Shown piece after piece: positions 19,401 to 28,880 of a DNA stretch of 64,000 bases; positions within the stretch are counted from its first letter, which is position 1; every line of letters starts with the position of its first letter. The notes under the pieces were generated by a model. It was not told the origin of the DNA. It was given only the letters and a program-made list of their open reading frames with translations, and did no database searches. This DNA is from a virus. The translations under genes were made by a program, and so were the position numbers. The DNA lies in the IMG/VR virus record IMGVR_UViG_3300015371_000017, positions 11,101 to 75,100 of that record; one strand, 5' to 3'.

Positions 19401-22400
19401 TTCTTCAGCGCCAATAGCCTTACCGCGTATTGGTTCTTCACCTCTCGCTGCGGTTTCTACGCGATGGGCTATGCCCGTAGTAGACGGCGGCGGTTCTGGA
19501 GTCTCTTGCGGAGGCTTGGCTTCCTCTATAGGAGGAGCAGGGGAGATTGGCAGTTCATCAAGCGACGTCCTAGATTCCGGCACGGCCAACTTGAGCGCTC
19601 GTCCGTATTTACCGCCAGTCGAGCCGCCGCGGAGAAACTTAAATTCAGTAATTTCTGGATGTGCATTTTGTATGTACCGCTTCATTGCCAGAGCCGCGCG
19701 GGTGCCCATCTCTACGCGAGGCACTCGATAGTTACCCTCGTCTGCTTCTACCATAAACTCCCCACGAGGCGGCCCTATGAGCACCGTCGCGCTCTTACCT
19801 TTAATTCCTAGCATTACGCGAATAGTGGGCTTGTTTGGTGGGTTGATATCATAAGACACTACGCGATCCCATGAAGTCTTTCCTTTATCATCAAACACCT
19901 TGCGAACGCTGCCGAGAATGGCCTCAGGGGACTGATTGTGGGCCACCTGCACGCGTTCGCTTGCTGTAACGTAATTTGCAGGGTTGGCCCACGGATCAAC
20001 GCCTTCAGATGCCCTCGCTGACTTTTCAATGTAACCAGTTCTATCTCTAAGAATGCCCTGCACTCCCCAAGGGCGACCTTGTGAATCTTCTATGAACCAC
20101 CCGCCGTGCCTATCGGCTTTGACTGTCCCAGATCGTTCGCGTTCGGCATAAAACGTAACCGCATCACCTTCCTCTATGCCCGCGTTTTGTAGACTTAGAT
20201 TTGAAGGATTGTCTTTAGCGGGAACACGATTATTCACCATATCCCACTCGCCATAAGGCTTCTTATTGAACACTGCTAACTCACGCTGCAAATCAGCGTA
20301 AGTAATACGCGCGGGAGGGATGGCCGTTGTCTCTGCTCTGACAGGGTGAGCGGCCTCTGGCGGTTGTTCAGCAGGGGATGTAGCGGTTTCTGGAGAGGGC
20401 GTATTAATTCCTCTCGGCGCAGGTTCGGGAGTAGCGGACTCTGGTTTTAACGGAATAGCACTTTGATTCCGCATTGTCGAAGGTTTAATGATTACATGCG
20501 TGGCTTCAGGATTATCGACTTCGCGTACTCTAATCTCGCCTTTCGGTACTCCTGATTGATCTTCAACTGATTCCACTCGTCCGAATTTAGAATGAAGAAA
20601 CGGCAATGCTGCAAACGGAAGATTCTCAACAATCGCCTGAGTAGGCGATTCTCCGCGTTGCCATGCTTCAAATGCAGGCTGCCCCACCATCGCCCCGCCT
20701 GTAACAATCTTGCCCGTAGTTGGCAATCCTGCTTCATTAAAGGCCGCTGGCGCGCCGCTTAATACAGCTTGAGCACTTGCGCCTTGTAGTCCGCCTCTCA
20801 ATCGCTCTTCGGGTGTAGAACCTTCCAGAATCCCCAATGCAGCCAACTGCGCAGGGCCGAGCTTGTGAGTGGCAATCAGCATCGCAGCAGTAGGAACGAG
20901 TCCGCCTATCCCGGCCTTCACTTTCTCGCCAGTTGTTGTTAGTGGAGATTCTTTGTTTAGTTGTTCGCTTGCGGCTCTCTCGACTGCTGCCTGACGTTCA
21001 AATTCATTTCCTAACGAACCCGGAATGACCGATCCAAACGCTTGCGCCGCGCCCGCCGTGCCGCCGATCATTCCCCTGAGAAACGGAGAATTCTTTCCTG
21101 TTTGCATCGCTGTTTTGGCCTGAGCAACATCAGGTTTTGCGGCTTCGTAGGCTTTGTTCTGCGCAGCGATCAACTCGTCAGCTTGGCGATGGGCTTCTTG
21201 CGCTGCTACATCACTTCCTTTGGCGTAGGCGTTGATAAAATCTATCGCGCCTTTAGTCGGGCGAACATAATAGTTACCTTTGTCGTCTTGTTTTAGTGTC
21301 CCACCACCAAGGGTTAAGATGTTGTGTCCCGTTTCCTCTTTATATCGCTTGCCCAGTTCGACATAATCTTTTCCGAGCGTACCCAGATAAGCATCAACAA
21401 CCGCATCCTCATTTGGAACTGAGTCTTTTGGTAAGGGCAATGCAACCCGCTCGCCAACCTCTTGAGACGGCGTGAATTCGTATCTTCGCGCTTGAAGTCC
21501 TGCAACGCCTTTCGGCACGACTTGCCCACCAGAAGTTGCCTCGTAAACATCCTCAACGGGATTGAGGCTTACAGGCTTCGTGCCTTTGCGAAACTCAACA
21601 GGCCTCAGGACTTTGGACGCCGCGATCTCTTCTGGTGATGCCATCTCAGCACCTTCACCTAATTTTACAGAGACTTTAGGAGTCTTTAAGGGAGCGATTG
21701 AATCTAGCAGATCATCGTACTCGTCGCCTTGGCTGGGAGGAATAAACTTGTCCCCCTCCCAATGTCCTGCTTTGGCAGCATCAGCCCCTACTGCGTATTG
21801 GCTCTCGTTACTGAACGTCGGATGGTTTGGTTTCTTAAAAGTATCAGGCCAGTGCCCCGTGCGTGGATCAGGCTTCAACCCTGCTTTGAACGCGCCTCGT
21901 AAATCGTAATCCCCACCACTGTCTTTTGGCGCATACTGTTGCTTCCAGATTTGAAACTGACGTTCTTCTTGGGGCGATAATTTCGTATCGTAGCTTGACG
22001 TAGTAGGCTTGGGCGATTGTTGGCCTACACTGTCGAGTAACTGATCGTACTGGTCGCCCTGCGGTGCAATTTTCTGTACATAGTTACGAGTTTCTGGGAT
22101 GTTCTGCATCGCTCGTCGCGCTTGCTGCGGAGTAAACCCCGTTCCTGCGTTGTAAGCAGCCAAGGCTAGTCTGTTATCACCGTATTTATCAATCAAGTCT
22201 TTCATCAGTCGCGCATGGGCATCTGCGGCTTTCTCAGGATTGAACCTGTCATCCCGTCCTTTGCCAACATACAGGCCATACTTTCTCGCCGTGTCGGGCA
22301 TAAACTGTGCGATTCCCGCCGCGCCTTTAGGTGAGCGCCCTGGCCCAAAAACGAAATTAGGATTGAAATTTATTGATTCATGTTTGGCTTGATTGTAGAG

Positions 22401-22535
22401 AAGATCGGGATCAACTCCGTGCTTCGTCCCTACATCGTTATAGAGCTGTCGGAAATCAACCGTAGGTCTGGTTTTCGCCCCTTTAGATTTAGGGGTCGAG
22501 AGAGAATCTAACAAAACATCGTAATCATCTGTCAC
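16482..22535 (-). CDS. Large internal virion / DNA ejection protein with N-terminal lytic transglycosylase (SLT) domain
   Basis: HES..FNP...SPKGAAGIAQFMPDTA...LALAAYNAG...ETRNYV, followed by about 1800 aa of mostly helical sequence. Confidence 0.85.
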   Translation of the reverse strand: MTDDYDVLLDSLSTPKSKGAKTRPTVDFRQLYNDVGTKHGVDPDLLYNQAKHESINFNPNFVFGPGRSPKGAAGIAQFMPDTARKYGLYVGKGRDDRFNPEKAADAHARLMKDLIDKYGDNRLALAAYNAGTGFTPQQARRAMQNIPETRNYVQKIAPQGDQYDQLLDSVGQQSPKPTTSSYDTKLSPQEERQFQIWKQQYAPKDSGGDYDLRGAFKAGLKPDPRTGHWPDTFKKPNHPTFSNESQYAVGADAAKAGHWEGDKFIPPSQGDEYDDLLDSIAPLKTPKVSVKLGEGAEMASPEEIAASKVLRPVEFRKGTKPVSLNPVEDVYEATSGGQVVPKGVAGLQARRYEFTPSQEVGERVALPLPKDSVPNEDAVVDAYLGTLGKDYVELGKRYKEETGHNILTLGGGTLKQDDKGNYYVRPTKGAIDFINAYAKGSDVAAQEAHRQADELIAAQNKAYEAAKPDVAQAKTAMQTGKNSPFLRGMIGGTAGAAQAFGSVIPGSLGNEFERQAAVERAASEQLNKESPLTTTGEKVKAGIGGLVPTAAMLIATHKLGPAQLAALGILEGSTPEERLRGGLQGASAQAVLSGAPAAFNEAGLPTTGKIVTGGAMVGQPAFEAWQRGESPTQAIVENLPFAALPFLHSKFGRVESVEDQSGVPKGEIRVREVDNPEATHVIIKPSTMRNQSAIPLKPESATPEPAPRGINTPSPETATSPAEQPPEAAHPVRAETTAIPPARITYADLQRELAVFNKKPYGEWDMVNNRVPAKDNPSNLSLQNAGIEEGDAVTFYAERERSGTVKADRHGGWFIEDSQGRPWGVQGILRDRTGYIEKSARASEGVDPWANPANYVTASERVQVAHNQSPEAILGSVRKVFDDKGKTSWDRVVSYDINPPNKPTIRVMLGIKGKSATVLIGPPRGEFMVEADEGNYRVPRVEMGTRAALAMKRYIQNAHPEITEFKFLRGGSTGGKYGRALKLAVPESRTSLDELPISPAPPIEEAKPPQETPEPPPSTTGIAHRVETAARGEEPIRGKAIGAEESVERGRELLREGNDPQEAIDSFQKSGAISAESMALVRAKHEELARVANQAFDKGGLNSPEFKAAEKARQQFYDDAVKPMQTAWSNTGRAQQGETDIDTGTFYGLYRAFKNAHTREPTPQEQRTLQNLSTRSARAESDVKDLSSRLAAELDKAAGIAELPKEIQTAVKRFIDQSAREFRREGRKQTRKSLDDEAAVIKTNLAAAFQKVKSQTGIQPSGIARLDPEGEITKQLVAYAKNRAKAGVTDAAQLIDDVHSTVKDFADVTRREVAEAILGAGLPKRERAESEWAKLKTGVRQEVKDYTTKEAREALGARLQGVKKISAKDASEVWKYARENYVDQGNTDFADVTQKVASDLGINPEQVRRSLANTTATRRISDEMWKRMADRRQAKQNAESWVRQADQNIFAKRFEDARRLFFIKATLGHGVVAPFTHAPVNLFIPSRWAEFWPNFGRTYKFLVDKGGHEQAMVDLEHSPNYIMAKRAGLANDPRRGYDEYQSPWMAKTLGKIGISGNRAFDSLKTMRQDLFDSAWNRLPEADRSSKMAELLAQEINSSTGASKALSGQGWPSRFLGKAMFAAPLEASRWEFLVRDNARALQAFGNWKKATPEARYMAKRVAARNAQLVVTYASLLAMNQGLLTATKSDDKINFTDPTKSDFLAFKVAGRTISPASGMLTAIRFMGTLASQAKNADLKKPKQAAEDMAKTTFYYGRSKLSPLFSTGADIALRSDYTGRPLPISQQEGTERLPRYSWLEYVLSQQTPIPIGEGVRDVYNTMREQGMSEGRTKGLLKALARAAPVMAVAATGIRVGHSYKPSPEQENKAAKQARDAQLVKDFRAGKITKDDLDAMREQDVLTKSEAGYDTTNPKTGEVTHHAGTIEKQGANSDYQSTFENMFNDQALTKYERLRKYNDPRADEVADIMAKKAWSLIHSDALTEKQKADFQQRINALGITPVNPQKRKPSSPFSRRFLSAP

Positions 22536-23950
22536 TGAATCAATCCACGCTTACGAGCGCGTTCAACTGCCGTATCAGGGTTAAGTCCTTTTGCTTTTGC
22601 CGCGTCACGAATTTGCTGCTCAGTTACACTGGTAGGCTTCCCGTAAATCGGATGATCCAAATCGCTAGAACCTTGACGTGGCTTGGTATAAGGATACCCA
22701 CCCGTTCCCGATCCCCATTCGTTGTCAGGGTCAATACGATTCATCTTGTCTGCGTTAAGCGCACCTTCTTCAACCAAGTCTTTGCGTTTATTTTGCAGCA
22801 CCCTTAACTTGTTTGCGTCTTTCTCGTTTTTGATTTGATCATCTATCGCAGTCAACTTACGGTGAACACTATTTATCACCGCTGCTGTTTCTGCCATGTC
22901 CTTACGTTCAGCAGGAGTAATCTTGCGACCTTGCCCCGCGTTCGTTCCGCGCATTGCTGCCCGTTGATTCGCTCCCGTTTGCGCCGCCGCTGCGCGTCTG
23001 TTACGTCCGGCTTCTAGTGTGTTTTGCATGGACGCCACGGGCTTTTCACCTTGCAATACAGGTTTGTCCGCGCCCGTTCTCTTGTTCACTAAAATGTAAT
23101 TTCCGCTGGAGTCAACCGCTAATTGACCTTGAGTACTAGGTGGTAACTTAGTTCCCACAGGCAATCCCATGCGGCTTGCAATCTCGTCTCGCAAATCTTC
23201 ATTGTCATCAGCCGCGCCTGAGTTATAAAGTCTCTGGGCATCCTGAGCAGCTTCATGTTTAGCCATCGTATCCCATCGTTTGTTATGGGAGTCCATTTGC
23301 TGACGGCGAATCGACAGAGTTCCTTGCTGGCCTTGTTGTCTGCTTGCCAACACCGCCGCTGATTTCGCAGGTACTTGAGTCCACGTACCATCAGGAAGCT
23401 GAAAAGGAACCATCTGCCCTTGCTCTATCGCAACACGATTCTTATCTAATGCAACATCCCGCCCTAGTCGGTTTTCAACTTCACCCGCATCTCTTTGTCT
23501 GCGAGTCGGAAGAGAATGATAACCAAGATTAGTAGCGACGTTCTGAGCAACTAATCCTAGTTTCCCTCTTAGTCCTAAAGGTTGACTTTCAATCTCGCGA
23601 AGATGTTCCGCATCAAATGAAGTTGGATCGGCAATGCGCGGTCTGGTTTGTCCTTGAGTTAATCGATCAATGAACGGACTCTTAGTTACAGTGCGCGGAC
23701 GTGTGACGTTCTCTTGATTTGTTGGTGTAAGAACCTGCCGTTGCGGTTCTTGCGGAATATTTTCCCACTGCTGCGTTGTGTCATTGTAAATCGGATCGGA
23801 TTGAGACGATTGTTGGCCTGTGACCATTCGGGGGCGTGTTGGCTCTTGAGGCACACGTTCTAACAGGTCACCCAAATCGCCACCAGCAAAACCGGGAATG
23901 TCGTATAGAGTTGGTCGTCGTTTGCGGTTGAATGCGTCTAAAAAGGCCAT
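22532..23950 (-). CDS. Putative ejection (internal virion) protein
   Basis: Gln/Arg-rich, between portal and the large SLT protein, GTGA-coupled to it. Confidence 0.5.
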   Translation of the reverse strand: MAFLDAFNRKRRPTLYDIPGFAGGDLGDLLERVPQEPTRPRMVTGQQSSQSDPIYNDTTQQWENIPQEPQRQVLTPTNQENVTRPRTVTKSPFIDRLTQGQTRPRIADPTSFDAEHLREIESQPLGLRGKLGLVAQNVATNLGYHSLPTRRQRDAGEVENRLGRDVALDKNRVAIEQGQMVPFQLPDGTWTQVPAKSAAVLASRQQGQQGTLSIRRQQMDSHNKRWDTMAKHEAAQDAQRLYNSGAADDNEDLRDEIASRMGLPVGTKLPPSTQGQLAVDSSGNYILVNKRTGADKPVLQGEKPVASMQNTLEAGRNRRAAAAQTGANQRAAMRGTNAGQGRKITPAERKDMAETAAVINSVHRKLTAIDDQIKNEKDANKLRVLQNKRKDLVEEGALNADKMNRIDPDNEWGSGTGGYPYTKPRQGSSDLDHPIYGKPTSVTEQQIRDAAKAKGLNPDTAVERARKRGLIQ

Positions 23951-24047
23951 AACGTCACACTAATCCCGTGTTATAATTCAGCCTGCGAGAGCGCGGTAAA
24001 CGCCCCCGCAGACCTGCCACATTCTGAAAGGAGATAGCTTTCAAAAC

Positions 24048-24602
24048 ATGAGTAACGGCAAACCTAACCCTGTTCCACCACAACTGACAAGCGAACAAAT
24101 TCTGCGATTTTGGTCTTATGTCGATAAGACTCCCGGCCAAGGGCCAAATGGTGAATGCTGGGAATGGAAACGCTCGCTTAGACGTGGCTATGGGCGTTAC
24201 AACCTTGGACACAGAGGGCGAACATTGAAAGCAAATCGCGTAGCAATGTTTTTGACAACCGGAATATGGCCTACGCAAAACGCTCTGCATCATTGTGACA
24301 ATCCACGCTGTTGCCGTCCTAGTCATCTGTTTGAAGGTAGCAATCGAGACAATACTGAAGATGCAATGAAAAAGGGACGCTTGGCCTCTGGAGATAACAA
24401 CGGAATGAGAAAACACCCAGAAAGCGTTAGACGCGGAAGTGCCAGCCCGCGCGCCAAGCTGACGGAGAGCGAAGTGATCAAAATGAGGCAGCTTTATGCT
24501 ACGGGCAAATATGGGCATAGGACTCTAGCTCGACGGTTTGGCATTGCTCGAAGTTCAACATGGCGCATATTAAAACGAAAAGGTACGTGGTTACATGTCT
24601 AG
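24048..24602 (+). CDS. HNH homing endonuclease with C-terminal HTH (inverted)
   Basis: RFWSYVDK..CWEW...GYG...ALHHCDNPRCCRPSHLFEGSNRDN...AKLTESEV. Confidence 0.9.
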   Translation: MSNGKPNPVPPQLTSEQILRFWSYVDKTPGQGPNGECWEWKRSLRRGYGRYNLGHRGRTLKANRVAMFLTTGIWPTQNALHHCDNPRCCRPSHLFEGSNRDNTEDAMKKGRLASGDNNGMRKHPESVRRGSASPRAKLTESEVIKMRQLYATGKYGHRTLARRFGIARSSTWRILKRKGTWLHV

Positions 24603-27202
24603 GCAGCTTTTGGTTTCACTTTAGGTTTGGCTTTCTGGACTTTAAGAGCATTTTCGCCAGCTACCTTTGCGCTTTCTATCGCGTTTTGCCCTTGCTGCTT
24701 GGTCACGGCCAACTGGATATCACCCTCTAGTGCTTTCGTTTTAAGTTCGTGCTCTTGTTTCGCAAGCTGACTATGTGCCTCTAGTTCTCTGTCCTGCGCA
24801 TTCTGATCGGCTTCGTGTTGGGTAGTATCCTGCTCAGGCGACTCTTGGCCTTGCAGCATCGCGCCGCCGATTGCCGCGGGTGCTGCCCCAGCGGCTTGAA
24901 CCATTCCCGTATTGATCGCTTGTGGTAACGCGGCCTGAGTCATCAGATTCTCATGTAAATTCCACATGCCCTCTGCGGCCTGACGCAATACAAGCGGCGC
25001 TTTCTGCGCAGAGTCAAGATCAAGCCAGTCGCTCCACCATTGCTGTTTCTCTTTCTGTTTGGGTTCATACCTACTTGGCGGTGGAGTAATCATGGAAACT
25101 AACTCGTTCGGATCGTTAACCCCTGCTTCAAAGTTCTCTTTCATCTGCTCTAATCGAGTTAGACACAACGTAGAAATCTCGTCCGCACTTTCTACACCTA
25201 ACTGAAGCCCTGCAAACGGTCGCGTAATTGCCTTGAATAATTCAGGGTCAGTCTGCTTCAACTGTGACAATAAAATCGGGTTTCCACCAAAGGCTTGCAG
25301 CAACGCAGTCACATCGGAAATCTGAGAATAAGGCGTAACTGGTAAATGACTGCCTTCAGCCAACTCAAAAATCACCCTACCTTTAAGCGACTTCGCATCT
25401 ACTTCTCGCCCTCTTGCGTCTCCTTTACCGGGAAAGAACCTTGATACCACACCAAATTTAGCTTGAAGACTAACAATCTTCTTGGCTATCTCCACTCTCG
25501 ATTCAGCCTTGCTCATTAACATTGGCCCATACAAAGAATTGGCGAGCGCAGCAGAAATCTGCGCGCCTGTGGCTGTCCGATTATCAATAGAAAGTAAATC
25601 TGAGAACTCCACGGCAAGAGAGGAAAGATTCGCCATGTTCTTGCCTAAGAACTCAGTTCCATAGGCCATGAACTGCTGAGAAACCTGTCCCGGTTGGGGT
25701 AAATAAATCGCATCCTGCATTCTCATTCCCACAGGAAGCATAGAAAGGTTTACGTTGTGATTTACCCCCGGCTTGAATAGATAGTTTCCACTATCCTCTC
25801 TAAGCATTCTTAGATCAACAAACACCGGAGGGGTTGCAGTGGTAGCAAGTCCCTGATAAATCTGTCCGTCTACTGCGTTAAAACGTCTCTGAACAGCGGC
25901 GGTGTCTTCCATGCCCCGCCCAGCCCCAGACTCCGCATCCATGTACCACTGGCACGTTACAACCTCTTGTTGTTGACTCTCTCCGGCGTAGGTAGCGAGA
26001 ATTAACGCCCCATCATTAAATCCCACAACACAAATTGGTTGCCCTTGGAAGAAATTACTTATCCTTCCTTTGGGCATGGTCACGCCGCAGATCGTCTCCC
26101 CTTCGTCACACTCAATCTCTGCTTGGTCTTCAGGGCTTAACCACGCCTCAAACATTGTCGGACGCTCTTTACTTTGGTCGCGTCCATATTGCGCGGTCAT
26201 GGACTGGCCTTGAAACGCTTGGCCGCTGTAGGTAAGAGCGTGAAGGATGTCTAGTCCATAATCATCTGAACTCGCACTGGCAGGGATCACCACATCACCC
26301 AAAGCTAATTTAATCGTGCCGGGAGTAACGTATTGGCGTTTAATTGCCCAACTGGATTTCTCTAAATCTACTGCCAGATTCCATCTCCACGATGCGAGAG
26401 AAGATGAAATAATCTCCGGCTCGCCCGTAGGTTGCGGTGCGCCCATTGAAATCTGACTTAGAGTTTGTGTCTCAGGCGGTCTTACGTCTGTAGCTTCACT
26501 CTGACACTGAGGACACGTATATCCAAAATCGTTCGGCTCAAAATCTTCTGCCGCGCCTTCAAAGTCACAGTCCGCACAATGCCCTTCGCCCGGATCAACT
26601 TGTTGATCTATCTTTCCTACTTGGCGAGTAGGTACAGACATTCCCTTAAAGGGATTCCACCGAACTTGATGAATGAAAATCCCGTCTGTGAGTAATCGGA
26701 TTGCTTCTCTGCGCGTAAACTTTGCCGTGTACCAATCAGTCTCATAACAATCAACTACAGGCCGACACGCTTGCGCAGCGGCGATAGCTTCCGGGGTATC
26801 GTCACCCGGTCGCATGTTCACCGTGGGATTGACGGCCATCAGTTTCGACTCGCTTATCTGCGAATGAAACGTCATCAGGTTCATTGCCGTCTGACGATAA
26901 GTATCATCATTCTGAATTGGACGGACGTAATACCCAACCTGCCCAAATGGACGACGCATTAAAAGCTGATCGCCCTTTCTGAATAACGAAACTAGCTGTG
27001 CTCGCGAGTAATGCTCATCCCAAACACGCTTTTCATAATTCAATTTGGCAGTGAGCCACTTTTGGAAAGACTCCTGAAATCTCCCTTGGGTCTTGGGGAT
27101 TTTCCGACTTTGAATTGTCTCTTCTATTGGCTTGCGAGGCGCGAAATTCGGACTAGTTCTACTGAGAACTACTGAGAGATTGGTAAAGGGATTGTCGGCC
27201 AT
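24599..27202 (-). CDS. Portal protein (P22-like long podovirus portal, with inserted CxxC/CxxC segment)
   Basis: 867 aa, RTATGAQI motif, Gln/Glu-rich C-terminal barrel, downstream of TerL. Confidence 0.75.
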   Translation of the reverse strand: MADNPFTNLSVVLSRTSPNFAPRKPIEETIQSRKIPKTQGRFQESFQKWLTAKLNYEKRVWDEHYSRAQLVSLFRKGDQLLMRRPFGQVGYYVRPIQNDDTYRQTAMNLMTFHSQISESKLMAVNPTVNMRPGDDTPEAIAAAQACRPVVDCYETDWYTAKFTRREAIRLLTDGIFIHQVRWNPFKGMSVPTRQVGKIDQQVDPGEGHCADCDFEGAAEDFEPNDFGYTCPQCQSEATDVRPPETQTLSQISMGAPQPTGEPEIISSSLASWRWNLAVDLEKSSWAIKRQYVTPGTIKLALGDVVIPASASSDDYGLDILHALTYSGQAFQGQSMTAQYGRDQSKERPTMFEAWLSPEDQAEIECDEGETICGVTMPKGRISNFFQGQPICVVGFNDGALILATYAGESQQQEVVTCQWYMDAESGAGRGMEDTAAVQRRFNAVDGQIYQGLATTATPPVFVDLRMLREDSGNYLFKPGVNHNVNLSMLPVGMRMQDAIYLPQPGQVSQQFMAYGTEFLGKNMANLSSLAVEFSDLLSIDNRTATGAQISAALANSLYGPMLMSKAESRVEIAKKIVSLQAKFGVVSRFFPGKGDARGREVDAKSLKGRVIFELAEGSHLPVTPYSQISDVTALLQAFGGNPILLSQLKQTDPELFKAITRPFAGLQLGVESADEISTLCLTRLEQMKENFEAGVNDPNELVSMITPPPSRYEPKQKEKQQWWSDWLDLDSAQKAPLVLRQAAEGMWNLHENLMTQAALPQAINTGMVQAAGAAPAAIGGAMLQGQESPEQDTTQHEADQNAQDRELEAHSQLAKQEHELKTKALEGDIQLAVTKQQGQNAIESAKVAGENALKVQKAKPKVKPKAA

Positions 27203-27206
27203 TCAT

Positions 27207-27608
27207 TTAATTGGTCGCGTAAGGCTCATCATTGATTGGGATGCGCCGATTTTCAAGTTCAAGTAAAAACTGCTGTCTTGCTTGTTGCTCTGGAACTCCC
27301 GCTGCCGCTGCGTCAGCCTTCCAGAACATCTCATACTCTTGTTTGTCTGCCCAACTTAATCCATCCCACGGGTCGGTAAATTGAGTTAGTCGCGGCGGTG
27401 CGTTCACTTGCTTGACTTGCGCGGGTTCACCTCGTGCTGGCATTCCCCACAACCCACCGAGTCTCATAGGAACTGTGACTAAAGTATCTTCTCTTTCGCG
27501 ATTGCGTAGCATCTCCGCTTCTAACTTACGCTCGGCGTTTACCGCGCGCCGTCGCCAGTAGTGATATCTCCATCGCCAGAACTGCCAGCGAATAAGTCGT
27601 CTTATCAT
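27207..27608 (-). CDS. Hypothetical protein
   Basis: ORF between the TerL cluster and portal, ATGA-coupled. Confidence 0.5.
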   Translation of the reverse strand: MIRRLIRWQFWRWRYHYWRRRAVNAERKLEAEMLRNREREDTLVTVPMRLGGLWGMPARGEPAQVKQVNAPPRLTQFTDPWDGLSWADKQEYEMFWKADAAAAGVPEQQARQQFLLELENRRIPINDEPYATN

Positions 27609-28051
27609 GCGTTCAGTGACTTGGCATCAGCCTTGAGACGTTTCTTGATTGCCTTTTCCGCCACTGGGCCAATACCTTCAATCGTGGTTAAGTCTTCCAC
27701 TTTGTTCAACTGTCCGTAGGTATTTATTCCGGCTTCGTGTAATTTGTTGTGCGCGGGAAAGTCCTTCGGCAGCGGCCCTTTCAAATCCAAGTGCTCTTTT
27801 TCTTCCGGAGTCGTGGGTTCTTCAGGCTCATCATCCACGCGCTCAGGTTCACTTTGACTCTTTGGCCGTGTTAGGTCGTAAACCCTTCCCTCAAACGCTC
27901 CGAATGGCCCATCGGTAATCTGACCATTCATTGCGCCTGCTGCTCTCTGAGCTAAGAGATTGCGATACTCCTCAACTAGATCGTCATAGTCAGGTTGGGT
28001 AGGTTTCTTGGTCGCGTTCCATGCTTCCCTGTAAATTGCGATGTAGTCCAT
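27605..28051 (-). CDS. Helix-hairpin-helix domain protein
   Basis: LHEAGINTYGQL...LTTIEGIGPVAEKAI HhH motif. Confidence 0.65.
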   Translation of the reverse strand: MDYIAIYREAWNATKKPTQPDYDDLVEEYRNLLAQRAAGAMNGQITDGPFGAFEGRVYDLTRPKSQSEPERVDDEPEEPTTPEEKEHLDLKGPLPKDFPAHNKLHEAGINTYGQLNKVEDLTTIEGIGPVAEKAIKKRLKADAKSLNA

Positions 28052-28070
28052 CGTTCATCCCTCTGGGAAT

Positions 28071-28250
28071 TTACTTTTTCTTTCGGAGGCCGCGGAGAAC
28101 TAATGCGAATCGTGCGCGTTGCCCGGTTTTGCCGCTATCGTGCTTATGAGACTCAGCAAACGCCATCGGACTTTGACCAACACGTTTCGCAGATGCGGTT
28201 AGTGCGCCCGGCTTTTTGATGGCCGACTTAATCCAGTTGACCTTAGCCAC
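28071..28250 (-). CDS. Small basic phage protein (59 aa)
   Basis: Not in the track. MAKVNWIKSAIKKPGALTASAKRVG...GQRARFALVLRGLRKKK, GGAG RBS, GTG start. Confidence 0.7.
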   Translation of the reverse strand: MAKVNWIKSAIKKPGALTASAKRVGQSPMAFAESHKHDSGKTGQRARFALVLRGLRKKK

Positions 28251-28259
28251 GACACGCTC

Positions 28260-28607
28260 CTAACCGTAGATGCCGACGCCAAGATGAGACGTATTCGGGT
28301 CTTCAGAAGCCCAAGTGTCCTGAACCAGTCCTTCGACCGTAGTTGCCGCTTGGATACGACCGTCAGAAAGATCGCCAAGCGCAGCACCACGCCGAATTGC
28401 GTTGATGATGTTGATCCGTTGCGCGCCTGCTTCGGCACCCGCGTCTACAACAGCACCCTCAACGTCGGAGACTAAGTCCTCTGCCGTTGTCGCCGCCGCT
28501 ACCTGCGCGTCAGTCAAAAACCCTGCCGTGCCTGCTTGTCTTAGTGAGTAGCCGACCAGCGATGAAAGTACTCGATTTTCCGCCGGATATGTTAGAAGTC
28601 CAGAAAT
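28260..28607 (-). CDS. Hypothetical protein with internal repeat, probable ATT start
   Basis: Frame is open 30 codons upstream of TTG 28517. GGAGGT lies 5 nt before ATT 28607. Confidence 0.55.
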   Translation of the reverse strand: MSGLLTYPAENRVLSSLVGYSLRQAGTAGFLTDAQVAAATTAEDLVSDVEGAVVDAGAEAGAQRINIINAIRRGAALGDLSDGRIQAATTVEGLVQDTWASEDPNTSHLGVGIYG

Positions 28608-28644
28608 GGCACACCTCCCGTGTTAAGCAACCTAAGTTGCGTTG

Positions 28645-28836
28645 TCATTTGCCCATCACGCACACGTGCTTTAATCCGCGCTTCTTCTTGGAAGCGGATT
28701 CGGGCAGTCCTTTTGGTGATTGATGCCCTAACATCTCTCCGGCTTTTTCGGCTGACATTCCCGGCGCGCGAACACTTCCTGATTGCACCGCCCGGAAGAA
28801 CCGATACTGCCTTTTACTGACTGCTTTGTTCGGCAT
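28645..28836 (-). CDS. Small basic phage protein
   Basis: MPNKAVSKRQYRFF...KGLPE. TACTAT -10 box 7 nt before ATG (leaderless). Confidence 0.65.
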   Translation of the reverse strand: MPNKAVSKRQYRFFRAVQSGSVRAPGMSAEKAGEMLGHQSPKGLPESASKKKRGLKHVCVMGK

Positions 28837-28880
28837 CGCCGCGATAGTAACACTCCGTAGCCTTTTGACACAATCAATTT

